A stretch of DNA of 61,918 nucleotides, the filler included, from Choristocarpus tenellus KU-1152 (lineage: Eukaryota; Protista; Phaeophyceae), in NCBI GenBank assembly GCA_964200185.2. It is 14 parts of 14 records of this genome, joined end to end, with 100 filler letters (N's around TTAATTAATTAA, not from the genome) between each part and the next. Parts side by side here need not be neighbours in the genome. Positions count along the whole stretch, not along the records: positions 1 to 5,446 come from CAXNAD020010748.1; positions 5,547 to 12,968 come from CAXNAD020006184.1; positions 13,069 to 15,602 come from CAXNAD020026985.1; 11 more parts are not named here. The stretch is one strand, 5' to 3'. The position numbers and the translations under genes were made by a program. Below, piece after piece: positions 1-13,208 of the stretch. Below the pieces are notes generated by a model. The model worked only from the letters and a program-made list of their open reading frames with translations. It did no database searches and was not told the DNA's origin. Within the stretch, counting starts at the first letter, position 1; the number at the start of each line of letters is the position of its first letter.

Positions 1-329
1 CCATTGTACATCGGATTCCATCGAGCTGGAGCTTGGAGGGCGATGGTTTATTGAAGGCGTGATTTAGTGCATCTCGAAGCACCTTAGGCATGCAAGAAAT
101 CTATTTTACCGTAGTGTGTGGTGTGGGTGCGATGGTGGTCTGTGCTCGAGTGTCGTACCCGAAAGAAACCAAACCAATCCGAATGTTTTTTAAGCTCCTC
201 TGCTTGCGCACGACGCTGCGTCGCCTTTAAAAAAAATACTGATGGAGCGTACAATAGGATATGGGTGTGACAACGGGGCTTGCAAAGGCCTCAAAGAGTA
301 GTACACCGCCGACGTCTACTGTTCTAGAG

Positions 330-1000
330 CTCTAGGAAATTTACAGTGGTGCATGAGATTGGTGTACGAAATGGATGAGAAAGGATGACCACCACGACCA
401 AACTACAGCACAGTATGTATACATTCGGCTAGAAAGGAGAAAAATACGACATCAAGTCGTGGACAGGTGATCCGTACTAAATACCTTCAAAGTCCCCTGT
501 AGTGCTCCTTTCGTGAATGGTGGATGCCAGGTGGTGGGGGAACGGCTTGGGTCCGTTGAGGAGATGGTGAAAGTCAGTAAGAAACAGTATGAGGAGTACG
601 ACGAGACCACACTTGAGAGGGCTTGACCGCTCCTTTTTGTGGTGTACAATCAAGTACTTAGATACAAAGGGGGGAGTGACTTCAGTGTGGAGCACACAGG
701 GGTAAGGTAGAGGCAGTTTTCTGGTGAGCTTGAAAACATGATGAGGCTTTTTCGGTGGCTGATAAAATTGTGATGGATGGGGAGCAATACCCTGACCAGA
801 AATTCGTCAAGGATTCCAAATCTTCTTTCAGAAATGAATTTCATCAACATCTTCAAAAGTTATGGACAACGCGGCAAAGACTTATGGCACGGAGGTAGTA
901 GTAGTAAGTACTACGAGAAGAATGAGAAATGGATGAGTCCCTCTGACCGTGGGTCAGGATAATGCCCTTGTTTTTTTCAACTCAATTCAGAACAATAGTA
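330..1000 (+). mobile_element. Degenerate Tc1/mariner-type transposase remnant (C-terminus plus probable right end)
   Basis: 540-716 translates as ERLGSVEEMVKVSKKQYEEYDETTLERA*PLLFVVYNQVLRYKGGSDFSVEHTGVR*RQ. This resembles the C-terminal '..L..V...F..Y....L.R.W..L..V...IL...GGN.Y...H.G' of plant/stramenopile mariner-like transposases. It has in-frame stops, and the candidate end is ...aacaatagTA near 1000. Recognised by eye only. Confidence 0.55.
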
Positions 1001-2953
1001 ACGATGCGTAAATTTGCATGTGAAATACACTACAAATTGTGACGATATGTACAAAAGCCAAAATGAGATCATTTCACAGGACGAATCGGAGTAGGGGTTG
1101 GTCACCATTGGGTTACTCGCGAAGACTAGGTCCTTTTGGACACGTCAGTCAATGCCGGCAATCCGTCAAACTCAGTCCTAGCGAGACTCAAAGCGGAGAG
1201 CCTTTGACATAAACTAGTTGATACTATCTGAAAGGCGAACACACCACTTTCTACAGCGTATTCACACCTAAGTGTCTGCAAGACGACTTCATCCCTCAAT
1301 GATTTAGGTAATTTTGTTTTTGGTGAGCACACGCACTTATCAGTGTTACTGATATAACGACTCGAAATGCATCCTCTTGACTTGATATTTATAGCGACCA
1401 TGGCAATCCGTCTCACAAACTGTTTCATTATGGAGTACCTAGAAAAAAGTACGTTGCGACACTGAATGTCACGCCTACTCACTAATTTCGTGTTCTAAAT
1501 GTTAATATTGATGCAATAGTATGGTGATGATATAGTGTTTAGTAGGTATATACGTGATTCGGGTTCCTCCAACACTGATATCCAAATCTTGTTAGTTCCA
1601 GACAGTTTGCAATGGTGGAATCACCGTTCTCTTGCTAACCTACAACAGCACAATCTTCGAACAGGTAAGAGAGAGCTGACTGCATGCCTTGTCCCTTGAC
1701 TCATTTCCATCGATTATATTCCACCAGCTCTTGCTCTTGAAGAATTCAAGCCAGGAGTGATTTCGGAGCCGATAAACACGTTACAAAAATTCTGTGTGAC
1801 TTCTACTTGTCGACTTCTACTCGTTGTACACTAGTGACATAGAAGGATCCAGCTAGGATATTCAATATAGAACCCCCCCAAAATATATACAGAGAGAGAA
1901 TTTTTCAATAGTTACCATATTCCCATGACACCTCAGTGACATTTCTCAATACATTCCCAAATCTTTTGCAAGAGCTGGGGGGCTCTGGGTTGTTCACAGT
2001 GCCGTTCACAACGTCCCTAACTCTCTTCAAAAATTGGGAGTACAAAAAAATGAGTTTCTTGCTCGTAGTCTTTCACATTGTGCACGTTCTCACTGATATG
2101 ATGTTCTTACGCATACTACACCACAGCAGTGTTTGCTTGTGGAGAGTTAAGAGGTTCAGGAAAGATTAAACACATTACTTACTAATTCTGTAAGTTCTGT
2201 CTTATTGTGGTCTTATGCATAGAGCTTTGGTTGATGGTTGACGCTCAACGAAGAAAGGTATGCTGGTATTGAGGCTCAAGTGGTCCTCACAAACACCAGA
2301 ACTTTGCCCTTATCGTTTCGTGCGCTTTTTATCGTCCCTTCTAGACCGAAGTCGCGATTCCTATTGCGACGAATGTGTCTTCTAGCCTAACGGCAGTATC
2401 CCATACCTACCAGCTATGGCACAACATCCCAAATCTTGTCATAAAAAGCTATTAACCCAGCTGACTGGCATTGACAGTGCGATATTCCTGGGTTTGATGC
2501 AACCGTGCATGTGCATTACTCTCTTACACTTGTGCTTTGGGAAGCTGATTCACGTCGACACAAAAATTTCCAATAGGCATGAGTGGCTATGTTGTCAATG
2601 ATCATCATAACAGAAACAATCAATATTTTTAAGTGTCCTCCTTGTAGGTTCCACATACACTTCCTCAACGGAAATTGCTATGTACGTGAGGTGCTGGTGA
2701 TTCAATAAGGAATTGATTTTTCTTGGGAGTGATGGGCTTGTTTTTTACCTCATTTTCGTGCGTTAGGTACAGGGAAGAGGGCACTGCATACTACCTACTC
2801 CATTGCTATTGATAACACACTGCATTCATGGGCTCTTGGTGTGTTTCTTCTCCTCCCACCCACATTAGAATAACCCAAGGGTAAGAAGTCAGTGTGCATC
2901 TAAACTATGTCCATGATAAATTTATAGTGTACCCCAAAGAGTCAAAGGAAGCA

Positions 2954-3213
2954 GAGTGAAAGTATCTTAGAGGATATGAATCTTGCCCCGTTTGTCCATT
3001 TGGGACTTGGCTTCCCACGGGGGTTTTTTATGACATTTTCCTGCACCGAAATGTTTGGGAGTAGGTAAAATGTATACATTATGAAACTGTATGTTCGGCA
3101 CAAGGATATTGGGACTTCCTAACAAAAACAACTGCCAAAATTTTATCAAAATCGCCACATTGGATTTTGGCCCCCAAATGGACACGGCTCTACCCTCTAA
3201 GATATTTTAACTG
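2954..3213. mobile_element. MITE family A (~260 bp), Sola2-like non-autonomous DNA transposon
   Basis: TIRs GAGTGAAAGTATCTTAGAGG...CCTCTAAGATATTTTAACTG, flanked by a 4-bp TSD AGCA (2950-2953 / 3214-3217). Confidence 0.85.
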
Positions 3214-3219
3214 AGCAAG

Positions 3220-3435
3220 AGGTATCCAGAGTTGCATCTTAAGGATGCTGACAAATATGCCGAAGTTTGGCTTTTTTTACAAATGCATGTGGGATCCTTG
3301 CTGGATTTTGTCGAGAAGTCTCAAACAAAAGAGAAATCAATGCTCTCAAGTCAAACTTAGCACTTCGTCCATAAGGAATATGAGTGAATTGCGTAAGATT
3401 GAAAAAGATGACTTAAAATACGAAACGGCCAATAG
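3220..3435 (+). repeat. Old dispersed repeat family C
   Basis: Diverged reverse-complement copies at ~23720-23935 and ~31470-31680 share blocks such as atcaa-g-tctcaagtcaa-cttag-actyc-tccata and attgaaaaa. Confidence 0.55.
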
Positions 3436-5201
3436 CTGTGTACCTCTCGCTTACTTTGACTCAGAGGAAATAACGAATTGACCATAGAGTATTATTAGTG
3501 CAACGTTCTCTGAAATCAATCATTTAACGCATACATATACTTGGTCATATATCTCCAACCATGGATGTGTATCTTTGGACCGTGTCATTTATCAACAACA
3601 AATCTATATGCTCGTGTTTCTTGACACATACTATTTATTTTTTCCTCCTGGACATTTTCCGTCTTCCTTCCTGAACCTACAACCGAGTAGTGACCCTCTC
3701 TGACTATGTTATATATCCTCCGTGTCTATATACCTCTGGGGTGTCAATTGCAATCTACTACCCTTGCATATACTCACACACAACTAAATGCATATACTGG
3801 AGGACAAAGAAACTTTTTAATTGGATGCAAATTGCTTTGAAATCTACTTTGATTATTCTGTGGCACATACGTAACCGCCTCTACTTTTTTTAGTAATAGT
3901 ACTTGCATTGAGGGCGTATTTGACGTCAGAGTACTAGCACTGACAGCATATATGATGTCAAAGTAGGTGTTATTTAAATTCTCACATATAATGTTAGACT
4001 TTTGTATATATGTTCAATTTTGTCATAGAGCAGCAATAGTACTGATCCTACATTTACTCAAAGTATTTGTTTTCTCCTTCTATCATCATAGAGCTACTTC
4101 GTCTCTGTTGATGCATTTCCGATACAAATTTCGACAGGCCCTAGCAGTTCATCACTGCTGGATCAATACTCAGTATTTGAATGTCTCTATCCATACATTC
4201 ACTGTATGGCTTCATGCACACATCTATGACAAGCCACCTGGTACCACTTGTTACTACTTTTTGCGGGTCTAAGATATATGGCATTCTCCAAATTGGCTGT
4301 GAAGTGGTTCAAGACCATGGTGTAAGGGGTGTCAGGTTCAATTTCTCACAAACTACAAGAGCTGCGGGGCTTCGGCAAGTAAGTCAGCATCATCATGGTG
4401 GCTACCCTTGGCTTAGTGGTGCATCCTCTAGGTTGGTGTAGCAGTACTCCAGAGATTGGAGGACGGATGGTCAAGGCGATTGCAATTGCTCCATAATTTC
4501 TACCACTTCAATATACTTCAAAGTATTCCAGAGAGCAATATGATAGACAACATATTTGGCGACTCACCAAAGAGATCGCTAACAGCTTGACGTTGTGTTG
4601 TGTTTTTGTTGCGTGGCGAACCCCTTACAAAGTAAAATAGATAGTGTTGCAGCTTTCTTGTTGAGAACAGTAAGGAGCTCAGAACACATTTCTCGCAGGA
4701 TGATATAGACACTGTGTTAACTCAAAGCAATATATGCCTTGGTTTGTGTTTTTTATTGTCCATTAGGTACAATTTGAAGGAACACATATCATAACCATGA
4801 CAGAGGGAGAAGGAGAGAAAGAGAGAGAGAAAGAAAGATGCCAAGCACTAAGAAAGATCAATGGAAGGAAATATTTTTGCACGGTTGCTCATCGTGCATG
4901 CATCAATCACAACAAATAAAATTTCGCGAATATTGTAGCACACTACATGGTCAACTCTGTAACAGGCTACAGATTATCCATGCTGTCTGTGGCTCTTTTC
5001 TTTTCAAAGTAGCATATAGAATATATGAGCAAGAAAGTGAAACTGTGTTACAGGGCACACTTACACATGATAGCATGAGCAGAAATGTATTGCTCTGCCA
5101 CTTCATAGAGGAGACAAAGCTAAGTATAGTCCGTCGTCCAGTTGAAAATAGATCTCTAGCTCACTCCATTGCGTAGTACCAGAAGAGTGGTCCAATGTAT
5201 T

Positions 5202-5387
5202 GACTGAAAGTATCTTGGAGAGGGGGGCGGGGGCAGTCTACACCAGGGTGTCCATTTGGACCAATACCAGGAAAAGTGTACTTACATTATCCATTCGACT
5301 TATGAAACCAAATCACTCAAAGATCACGATATGAAAAAAACGACCCCGAATGGACAGCTGCTCCCCCTCCCTCAGATACTTTGAACC
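5202..5387. mobile_element. MITE family B (~180 bp), related to family A
   Basis: Ends GACTGAAAGTATCT-G-run ... C-run-CAGATACTTTGAACC, flanked by ATT(G). Shares the AAAGTATCT terminus and the GTCCATTTGG internal motif with family A. Partial copies sit at contig ends: 5424-5446, 13069-13118, 23137-23157, 30557-30626, 39692-39733, 51600-51624, 54967-54999, 58616-58709. Confidence 0.8.
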
Positions 5388-5446
5388 ATTGTTCTTGGTC
5401 AAGCCTCAACATACAATCGAAAAGACCCAAAGTATCTGGGAAGGGG

Positions 5447-5546
5447 NNNNNNNNNNNNNNNNNNNNNNNNNNNNNNNNNNNNNNNNNNNNTTAATTAATT
5501 AANNNNNNNNNNNNNNNNNNNNNNNNNNNNNNNNNNNNNNNNNNNN
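5447..5546. other. Artificial contig linker N44-TTAATTAATTAA-N44 (first of 13)
   Basis: The identical 100-bp spacer, with stops in all six frames, also occurs at 12969, 15603, 23158, 27600, 30457, 35414, 39592, 46068, 48695, 51625, 54867 and 58710. Confidence 0.97.
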
Positions 5547-5841
5547 AAAACTTTTACAAAAAAAAAAAATACCTAACACACACAACCCCCCCCCCCCCTT
5601 CGTAAACAAGTATTAACATTAGAGCAACAATGTGTTCACAACATAATCAATACAAAAAAAAATAGTAGACACCTAACTCAATTACATTTCCACTACCAGG
5701 AATGGAGCACAGCACAGTCCAATCGAAAACAATCATTATAATCTCATCATTTACCATTTTTCGTCAAAAAACACTGCCCCGTCAATACATAGTGCACAAC
5801 AAAGGGCAAAGGGGAAGTAACCCCCCCCCAAAAAAACTCAC

Positions 5842-7447
5842 AAGGGCCCGGGCAATGGCTATCCTCTGCTTCTGCCCGCCAGACATCTGTACACCTCTCT
5901 CCCCTGCCTGAGTCTTGTACCCCTCAGGAAGAGCAGAGATAAAGCTGTGAGCATTGGCTAGGTGGCACGACTCTTCAATCTCCTCCTGTGTTGGCTCATC
6001 ATCCCCTGCACATCCCAGATTTCGCAGAACATCATATATATTTTTTTGGTCAGAATATAAATTAAGAATCTCACGCCAACAGAATTTTCTGTCAGATCAT
6101 TACGAGATGTCAAGAGTTGACTAAAAAATAATATATACCTCCCCAGCACGTAAGACAAAATTTCCTGGTTAAAATTAGGAGAGTACTAAGTGGTGAACTT
6201 CTCACTGAGTGCAAACAAACACTGAACCAATCTGTCCAGGTCAGGACCATCCCTTCCTTCCCTACAATTGATTCCACACACCAAATCACAGCACCATACT
6301 GCATCACAGCCATCCCCCTTGGGCATCAACAAAGTACAAGGGTGAAAGACTATTGGTTAACAAAAGGGAACATGTACTCATCAGATGGAACTGTCACAAG
6401 AAAACCATCATCAAGAAGAAAGAGAAAAAATGACAACACACACAAACAAACACACACAAACACACAAAAGAATTATTCTTTTCTTACTAAGAACGGTCAC
6501 CACAGCAGGCTCAACAAACGTTAGTCTCATTAAGTGTGTGATAGACCCCTTTAACCCTAACACTGCAATGGAGTTAAAAAGATACACACATGCACATAAA
6601 AATGCAAGAGGCGTTTCTGCAAGCTGACCTTCCAACTCTTGTCAAAGTGACTCTATAAAAGATGTGCTTTCATCAGGCAACACCTAACCCTAACCCCCCC
6701 CCAAAAAAAGAAAAATTCCTAAAATGCTTGTGTCTATATAGACCCAGATGGAGGTTTTCGTGTATGTGTATGTGTAGGGAGTTGGCAGTGGCATTGGTAT
6801 TGTTTTCTTGACCAGGATATTTAAAGAGTAATCCCAACACCATGTACAAACCCTGCCGGTTACTGCTTTGGTCCACCATAGCCAGGTTGGGATCTCCGAT
6901 TTTGCTTTGCCAGCATGGGAATACTTCGAAAATGTTGAGAAGAGATATGACATGACATGTCTTACACTTTTCATCTTAATTATTATTATTATTACCAAAA
7001 AACAAAAGAGTGTATGTAAGGGAGAGGATTTCTTGTGAAAATGTTTTTTATTTTATTTTATGATTTTGACTTCATGTGGAAATACCATGACAGGGCAGGA
7101 CCAACAAAATGAATATTAGATACATGATGTATTCATGCAGCACAGAGTAATCTTGCAACGTTTTTTGAAATCACACCAAAATACTATAATAAGCCAGGAT
7201 TAACAATGTGAATATTAGATTAATCACAAAATGATAAGGAGCACCAAGCACAACGCCCCAATGAACATGGACATGAACAGGATTAGCATCTGTGATACTC
7301 CAACCTCCTCCCCTCCCCCACCCAAAAAACTAATCTAACCCGGTGTACACTACAACCCTAACCCTAATGTACACACACCTAATAACAAAAACAAAGTATT
7401 AATACCACAATTCAATAGAATAAAAATACACCTACACTTCCATACAT

Positions 7448-7481
<34 letters not shown>

Positions 7482-10400
7482 TTTAATCAACACAGACCTT
7501 CGAGACCATATATAATGTTATCTCTTATACTCCTGGCATACAAGGTGGGCTCCTGACCAACAATAGAGATACTCCGATGGAGCCACTCGTGCTTGTAGTT
7601 ATGGACAGGAATGCCATCCAGGAGTACCTGTTGCATGAGGATATACTCTATTTGAATCAAATAGGCGAGTACGTTTAGGTTGCATAAGTAAAATAGACCC
7701 TACTCCATTCTAAAATATAGTAATAAAAATATCAAATCAATCGTAACCCTAACCCTAACTCACAATATAGAGCAAAAAACAACTCATCACTATCCATTAG
7801 TGTTAACAACAATAAAATGTTTTGGATCAAAAGAGACTAAGCAAGTATCAAAAATAAAATAAAAAAACTTAAAAAATATAAAAAACAATAGTCGGTATGT
7901 CGGTACGACCCCCTACCCATATTTACCCATCAACGGTATAACCAGCCCCATACATATATATAATACATAATATATACATATACCGCCAAGAGTTTAGTCA
8001 TACTCATATAACGTACCACTGACTAAACCCTAACCCTATCTAACACAAGAGTATACAATAAAACCTCTTACCACAACTTCCTTTTCATTTGTTGATCAAA
8101 CTTGTTGTGATACTACCCTAACCCTAACCCTATGTACTGTCCCTGCATCAGTCCAATTCAGACAACAGTAGTGAAGCAACAGACACGACCAGAAATACCT
8201 ATACTAGTTGGTGCACCCCCAAGCTATACACTGGTATCAAAAACAATGCAACGGAAAAATCAAAATCACGGTGCCATTAAAAGAAAAGAAAAAATCTTCA
8301 TAGAAAATAATAAAGAGGCATGCTCACTCAGCCTCACAATCTCAAAGCCTAAACAAAAACTTGCACCCACAGCTAACTGTACAAACCAGGAGTTTTTTTT
8401 AATTAGTGAAAAAAGCAATACTTTCAAAAATAAAAATATACACTGAACACGTAGTTGAACCAATTAGGCGAATATATTTACGCCCCTCGTCAACACCTGA
8501 CCAATCATCAATGGTGTAACTCATACCAACACACCGACCCCCCTCCCCACTAGCAGTCAACAGCACTCTAATTTCTCAGAAAAATCAGGCACCCCAAAAA
8601 CAAAAAATCAGACTCTACATCATGTAGCAAAGAAGTTCAGCAAGGTGAATCAAACAACCAATCACTAAATTAAAAAAAAACATATCAACCCTAACCCCAA
8701 CACAAGAATTGAGACATGAAAATTTCCGATATTTCTCCAAGGAGCTAAAGGAAAAAACATTCCAAAAATATCTAATAAATGCCTTCCATCTTCTCACTCA
8801 CCTCTCCCGATTGCGGCTGATAGAAATTTTCAAGAAGTCCAATGCAGGAACTCTTTCCTCCTCCAGATGGTCCAACAAGCGCAAGTACCTATCAACAAGG
8901 ACCAGACCAACAATACAGTTAACAACAACCATACCAGCAATACAGTTAGCAAGGACCAGACCAACAATGCAGTTAACAACAACCATACCAGCAATACAGT
9001 TAGCAAGGACCAGACCAACAATGCAGTTAACAACAACCATACCAGCAATACAGTTAGTAAGGACCAGACCAACAATGCAGTTAACAACAACCATACCAGC
9101 AATACAGTTAGCAAGGACCAGACCAACAATGCAGTTAACAACAACCATACCAATAATTCAATTAGAATTTCCACGATGAAGTTAGAATACCTGTGTAACT
9201 AATACTTACATGATAAAAGAGCATGTCAAACAGCATGTCAAACATCAGGCACTAATGGGAGGAAAGAGAACGGAGGATGTCGGGGACGTTAGTTCTTCGA
9301 AAATAAAGAAATCCAATAATTTTCCACTGCATGCGAAACATGCCATATTTCACACGGGATGGACTTGTGTGCGATATTCGCCTGAGAAGAGATATCCCTC
9401 ATCTACTTTAAAGTATTTAACAATTAGACAGTACTACAACAAAGGCTGCAAGTTTTTTTTTTCCCAAGCCGGTTTGGGGTTAGGCATACATTTGTCGGAC
9501 ATACAGTGCTCACTTAACCTTAAATCAAATTGAAGGTTTTAGCAAGACCCAAAGAGTTCGATTGGTCACACTATTGTAGCCAGTCTAATCCCTCTCTCCA
9601 TACACTGTACACACATCTCTTTCAATTAAAAACAAAACAGAAATGTTGAAACGATTTACAGATAGACGTATGTGGACACAATTACACACTCTCAGCTTGA
9701 TTATACCAACAAAACCTTTCACCTCACAACAAAAAACAAAATACTCTCATTCATAAAAATTAACAAAAACGCCTGCTTATTTTTACCTTTTTTTTTATGC
9801 ACAGAGTGGGCATACACGCCTCATACACATACACACTATACACACAGTCCCATTTTTTCTCCAACACTCAACCCTAACCCTAATCCTCAGCAAATATTCT
9901 TACACACATTTGTTTTATGTAACCCTAACCCTAACAACATTCATGACAAATAAAACAAAACTATATAATGATCAAGCAAAAAGTAGCAAGCCACAAGCAT
10001 CGCACAGGAAGGTTCTATTAAGGCATCAACCTAAGAACGTTCCAGGAATGGTCTTCTGCTTTACTACAGGATTGCAAGATAAATAGAAAAAAAACAGACT
10101 AGCGATGACTGCCATATGGACAAAGCCCCTTACAAGTTCATGTGATCTTTCTAACCCTAAACCTAACCCTTACAAGTTCATGTGGTCTTTCTAAACCTAA
10201 ACCTAACCCTTACAAGTTCATGTCATCTTTCTCACCCTTACCCCCTCTCTTTAAAAATAGTAGTAACGCCAAAACAACAATAATAATAATAAAAAGCATA
10301 CTATTGTCAGGGACAGGTCGCCTCTTTGGGATCTCCAAACATTGATGAGGATACTTCGTGCAGTGATATATACATTTGCATGCACCACCTTTTGTCATTG

Positions 10401-12931
10401 AGGCCAGCCCAACTGATGTGGTGTGTGTCAGACGCATGACCAGCTCACAGTGACCCCGACATGAACGGTGGATTCAAACCAGCAAAGCCCGAGATTGTGT
10501 TTTTCTGTTCTCTGACTGTACAAAACCAATCACAGTGCAGATTGATCCACATGGTACTCTTAGGTTGTCAACATATGGCCAGCATGCCTCAGTCTCATCT
10601 TTCACTTCCTTTCTAAACCTCATCTCTGGTGGTTATTATCACCCCCCATAACACAGAACCAGACTCCTTAACAGTAATACTAATAAAAGTTAATAAAAGA
10701 TAAGACTCTCCATCACATCTAACACCTGATAGCAATAAAACAATAAAATTGAGCACCAGCACAACAAACACAGGCAAAACACCCCCCTCCAACCAATCAC
10801 AGTGAACAGAGCCCCCTCATTGATTTAAAAAGTACCTATTTCTTGGTAAGTCAAGCTATACACCCTGCTGTACAATACATACTAAAAAAGATAAAAATAA
10901 GTACCAAAATTTAATGCAAGGTTTGTGACACAGCCAATAATTTCTAACCCTAACCCTAACCCCCATCCCAACCCTTGTAGGTACGGTATCATACTTTCAA
11001 TATTCTGTGATTGAACCATGGTACAACAAGGTACACTGCATTTAATCTGTACCTGTACTAAATTATGAATATAATTATAGTATGCAATAAATATAAAGTA
11101 CCATGTGCAGTGCATTTAACATAAAATAATAAACATCAGTGGACCTTGTCTTCATCCACGCGGGTTGACCCTCCAACAACACACACAAGCAAATAAAGAC
11201 AAAAAATATAAAAATCAAAGGGCCACAATAAATCAATAAAGACAAAATAAAAATAAAAATCAAAGGACCACAATATAAAGCAGCAAAATACACAAAAAAA
11301 TCAATAAAGACAAAAAAAATAAAAATAAAAATCAAACGATCACGATACAAGACCAACAGACCTACAGAATAAATAACAAAAAAAAGTGATTAAACACTCA
11401 CAACAACTAAACTCACCTGACCAGGCATAACTGTGAAGTTCACCCCATCCAAAACTGTCTTTGTAGGCCTAACAGAGAGAGACACAACATGAACAAGCAC
11501 AGACACATAGCCTCAGAAGGATGAAACTTCCAATATTTCCTTTCAACCTTTCCAGGAGGAAACGATAGTCAACAGGGAACTAAAAAGGGGGGGGGGGACA
11601 AATTACACACTATAGCTCCACAAACATGTGAGAGAGAAACCAGCATAATGGAACCATCCCTTCCATATATACAGATATACATATGAATATAGAGAGATTT
11701 GGACTCAGCAAAAAAAAGCAAGTTCTTTTTTAGTCTTGTCAGGGCACAGGGGAGATGGTCCCAATCTACTCTCTATGATTCAAGGAGGCAAGTGGGGGTA
11801 AACACTTGAAACAAAAAAAGGTACAACGGTACTACTGTAACAGAAAGTGACAAAATAGGTACACGATGGGTCTATCATGCACACTAAAAAACATACACCA
11901 AATTGTCACCCCAACAACCTTAGCATTAACCCATATTTCAAGTCACCTGCAATTTCCAATTTCTCTCTGAACCCCATGGTTTGGTAACCTCTGGTCCTAC
12001 GTCCTTTCCCCATACCCCTTCTTTTTCCCAATGAATCAAAAGATGAACAAATCTAAGAAGGTAAAACAACATCCTCTTGATGTTGAGTGGTCATATGTTA
12101 CATACACCCCTATTTCCATCAATCCCAAAACCTCTCTCTACCCAAGGAGTATGCGGCAACAAGTCAACCCCAGCATGTGAGTGAGCACACACAACAACTC
12201 TGTGTCACAGAGAGGTAGTATAAATCTCAGGAAAGGTTGAACAAGGTGTTGTACAGTTTCCTATCTAACGTACAGATAGTGTCATACCATGTCAAGCTAC
12301 ATCACATAAGAGTCCTAGACATCTTGACATCAACGGAGACTTTCTGTAACCCCTTATAACACAAGTCAATTCAAAAATCCTATACATCACTTCTGGCAAT
12401 GGTTTGGTTCCTGCAACACAAAACAGATATAAAGGTATACCTTGAAAATGACAAACCACAAACAGTGTCTCTGTGATGCCCAAGTCCTAACCTCATTAGA
12501 CACTACTGCAGATTCAATGGAAGAAGACTGACCCTAACCCTAACCCTAACCCAAATATGTCACAAATCTACCCCCCCTGACAATGTCAGGTAAAAATAGC
12601 AAACAAAAAATATTTTTAAAAAATTGGGATTTATGCCTGCCCATTCCCCTTTATCACATCACGAGAGAACGCCATCCACATGCTACAAAACCATACATAA
12701 TACCAAATCAACAAAAAAAAGGGTGAGGCGACTCATCTCATCATCCACACTACTCTACACATCTGAACATCTCTCTCCTAATCCACAGCATTTCAGTCAC
12801 AAAAAACTCACACACCTGGAGGGATAGGAGAATTTCACATCCTTAAGTTCAATCTTCCCTACACACTCCTTTCCAGGCTTTACCATTGACCCCTTCTTAC
12901 CCTTGGGTTCTCTCTCCACCAACTCAAACAC
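5842..12931 (-). CDS. ABC transporter subfamily B (TAP/ABCB9-like), nucleotide-binding domain exons; partial gene
   Basis: Phase-compatible GT-AG exons: 12931-12816 (VFELVERE...[12 protein letters not shown]), 11468-11417 ([18 protein letters not shown]), 8888-8802 ([29 protein letters not shown], Walker A), 7627-7498 (VLLDG...[24 protein letters not shown]-loop), 6005-5842 (...[42 protein letters not shown] signature). Confidence 0.93.
8897..9155. repeat. 54-bp minisatellite, ~5 copies, intronic
   Basis: Unit aaggaccagaccaacaatgcagttaacaacaaccataccagcaatacagttagc starts at 8897, 8951, 9005, 9059 and 9113. Confidence 0.95.
11600..12200 (-). mobile_element. Highly decayed DIRS/Ngaro-like reverse transcriptase relic in an ABCB intron
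   Basis: Frameshifted fragments [16 protein letters not shown] / [14 protein letters not shown] / SVYMEGMV resemble the RT '.F..LPFG...SP..FTR..K....VY.DD' motifs. A similar fragment (SPLYF..PKG...YGAVI) lies at ~6270-6350. Confidence 0.35.
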
Positions 12932-13208
12932 CTGTTCAAAAATAGGGGGATAGGGTTGGGGGGTTGGGNNNNNNNNNNNNNNNNNNNNNNNNNNNNNNNN
13001 NNNNNNNNNNNNTTAATTAATTAANNNNNNNNNNNNNNNNNNNNNNNNNNNNNNNNNNNNNNNNNNNNACACCCTTGTGTAGGCCCCCCCCCCTCCCCCC
13101 CCCCAGATATTTTGAGCTCTAACCTTTGCAATTGTGTTACCTCAGAACTATATTTCTTTGATTTCATAGAGATATTGGGTGTACATTGACTTTCCCATTA
13201 GCACTTGC

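Larger units (their letters stand above)
1602..4378 (+). other. Possible exons of an unidentified intron-containing gene
   Basis: Short open segments are bounded by AG...GT(A/G)AG-like sites, e.g. 1602-1664 (TVCNGGITVLLLTYNSTIFEQ|gtaaga), ~2224-2258 (ELWLMVDAQRRK|gtatgc) and a segment ending ...AAGLRQ|gtaagt near 4378. I could not build a consistent phased model or recognise a family. Confidence 0.2.

Noticed and set aside
5491-5502. Recurrent TTAATTAATTAA motif as a biological element
   Set aside because: It is always centred in an identical N-spacer, so it is an assembly linker.
8709-9202. Four overlapping repetitive ORFs as a repeat or membrane protein
   Set aside because: They arise from a 54-bp (multiple-of-3) intronic minisatellite. 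The real coding piece is the 87-bp Walker A exon at 8888-8802.
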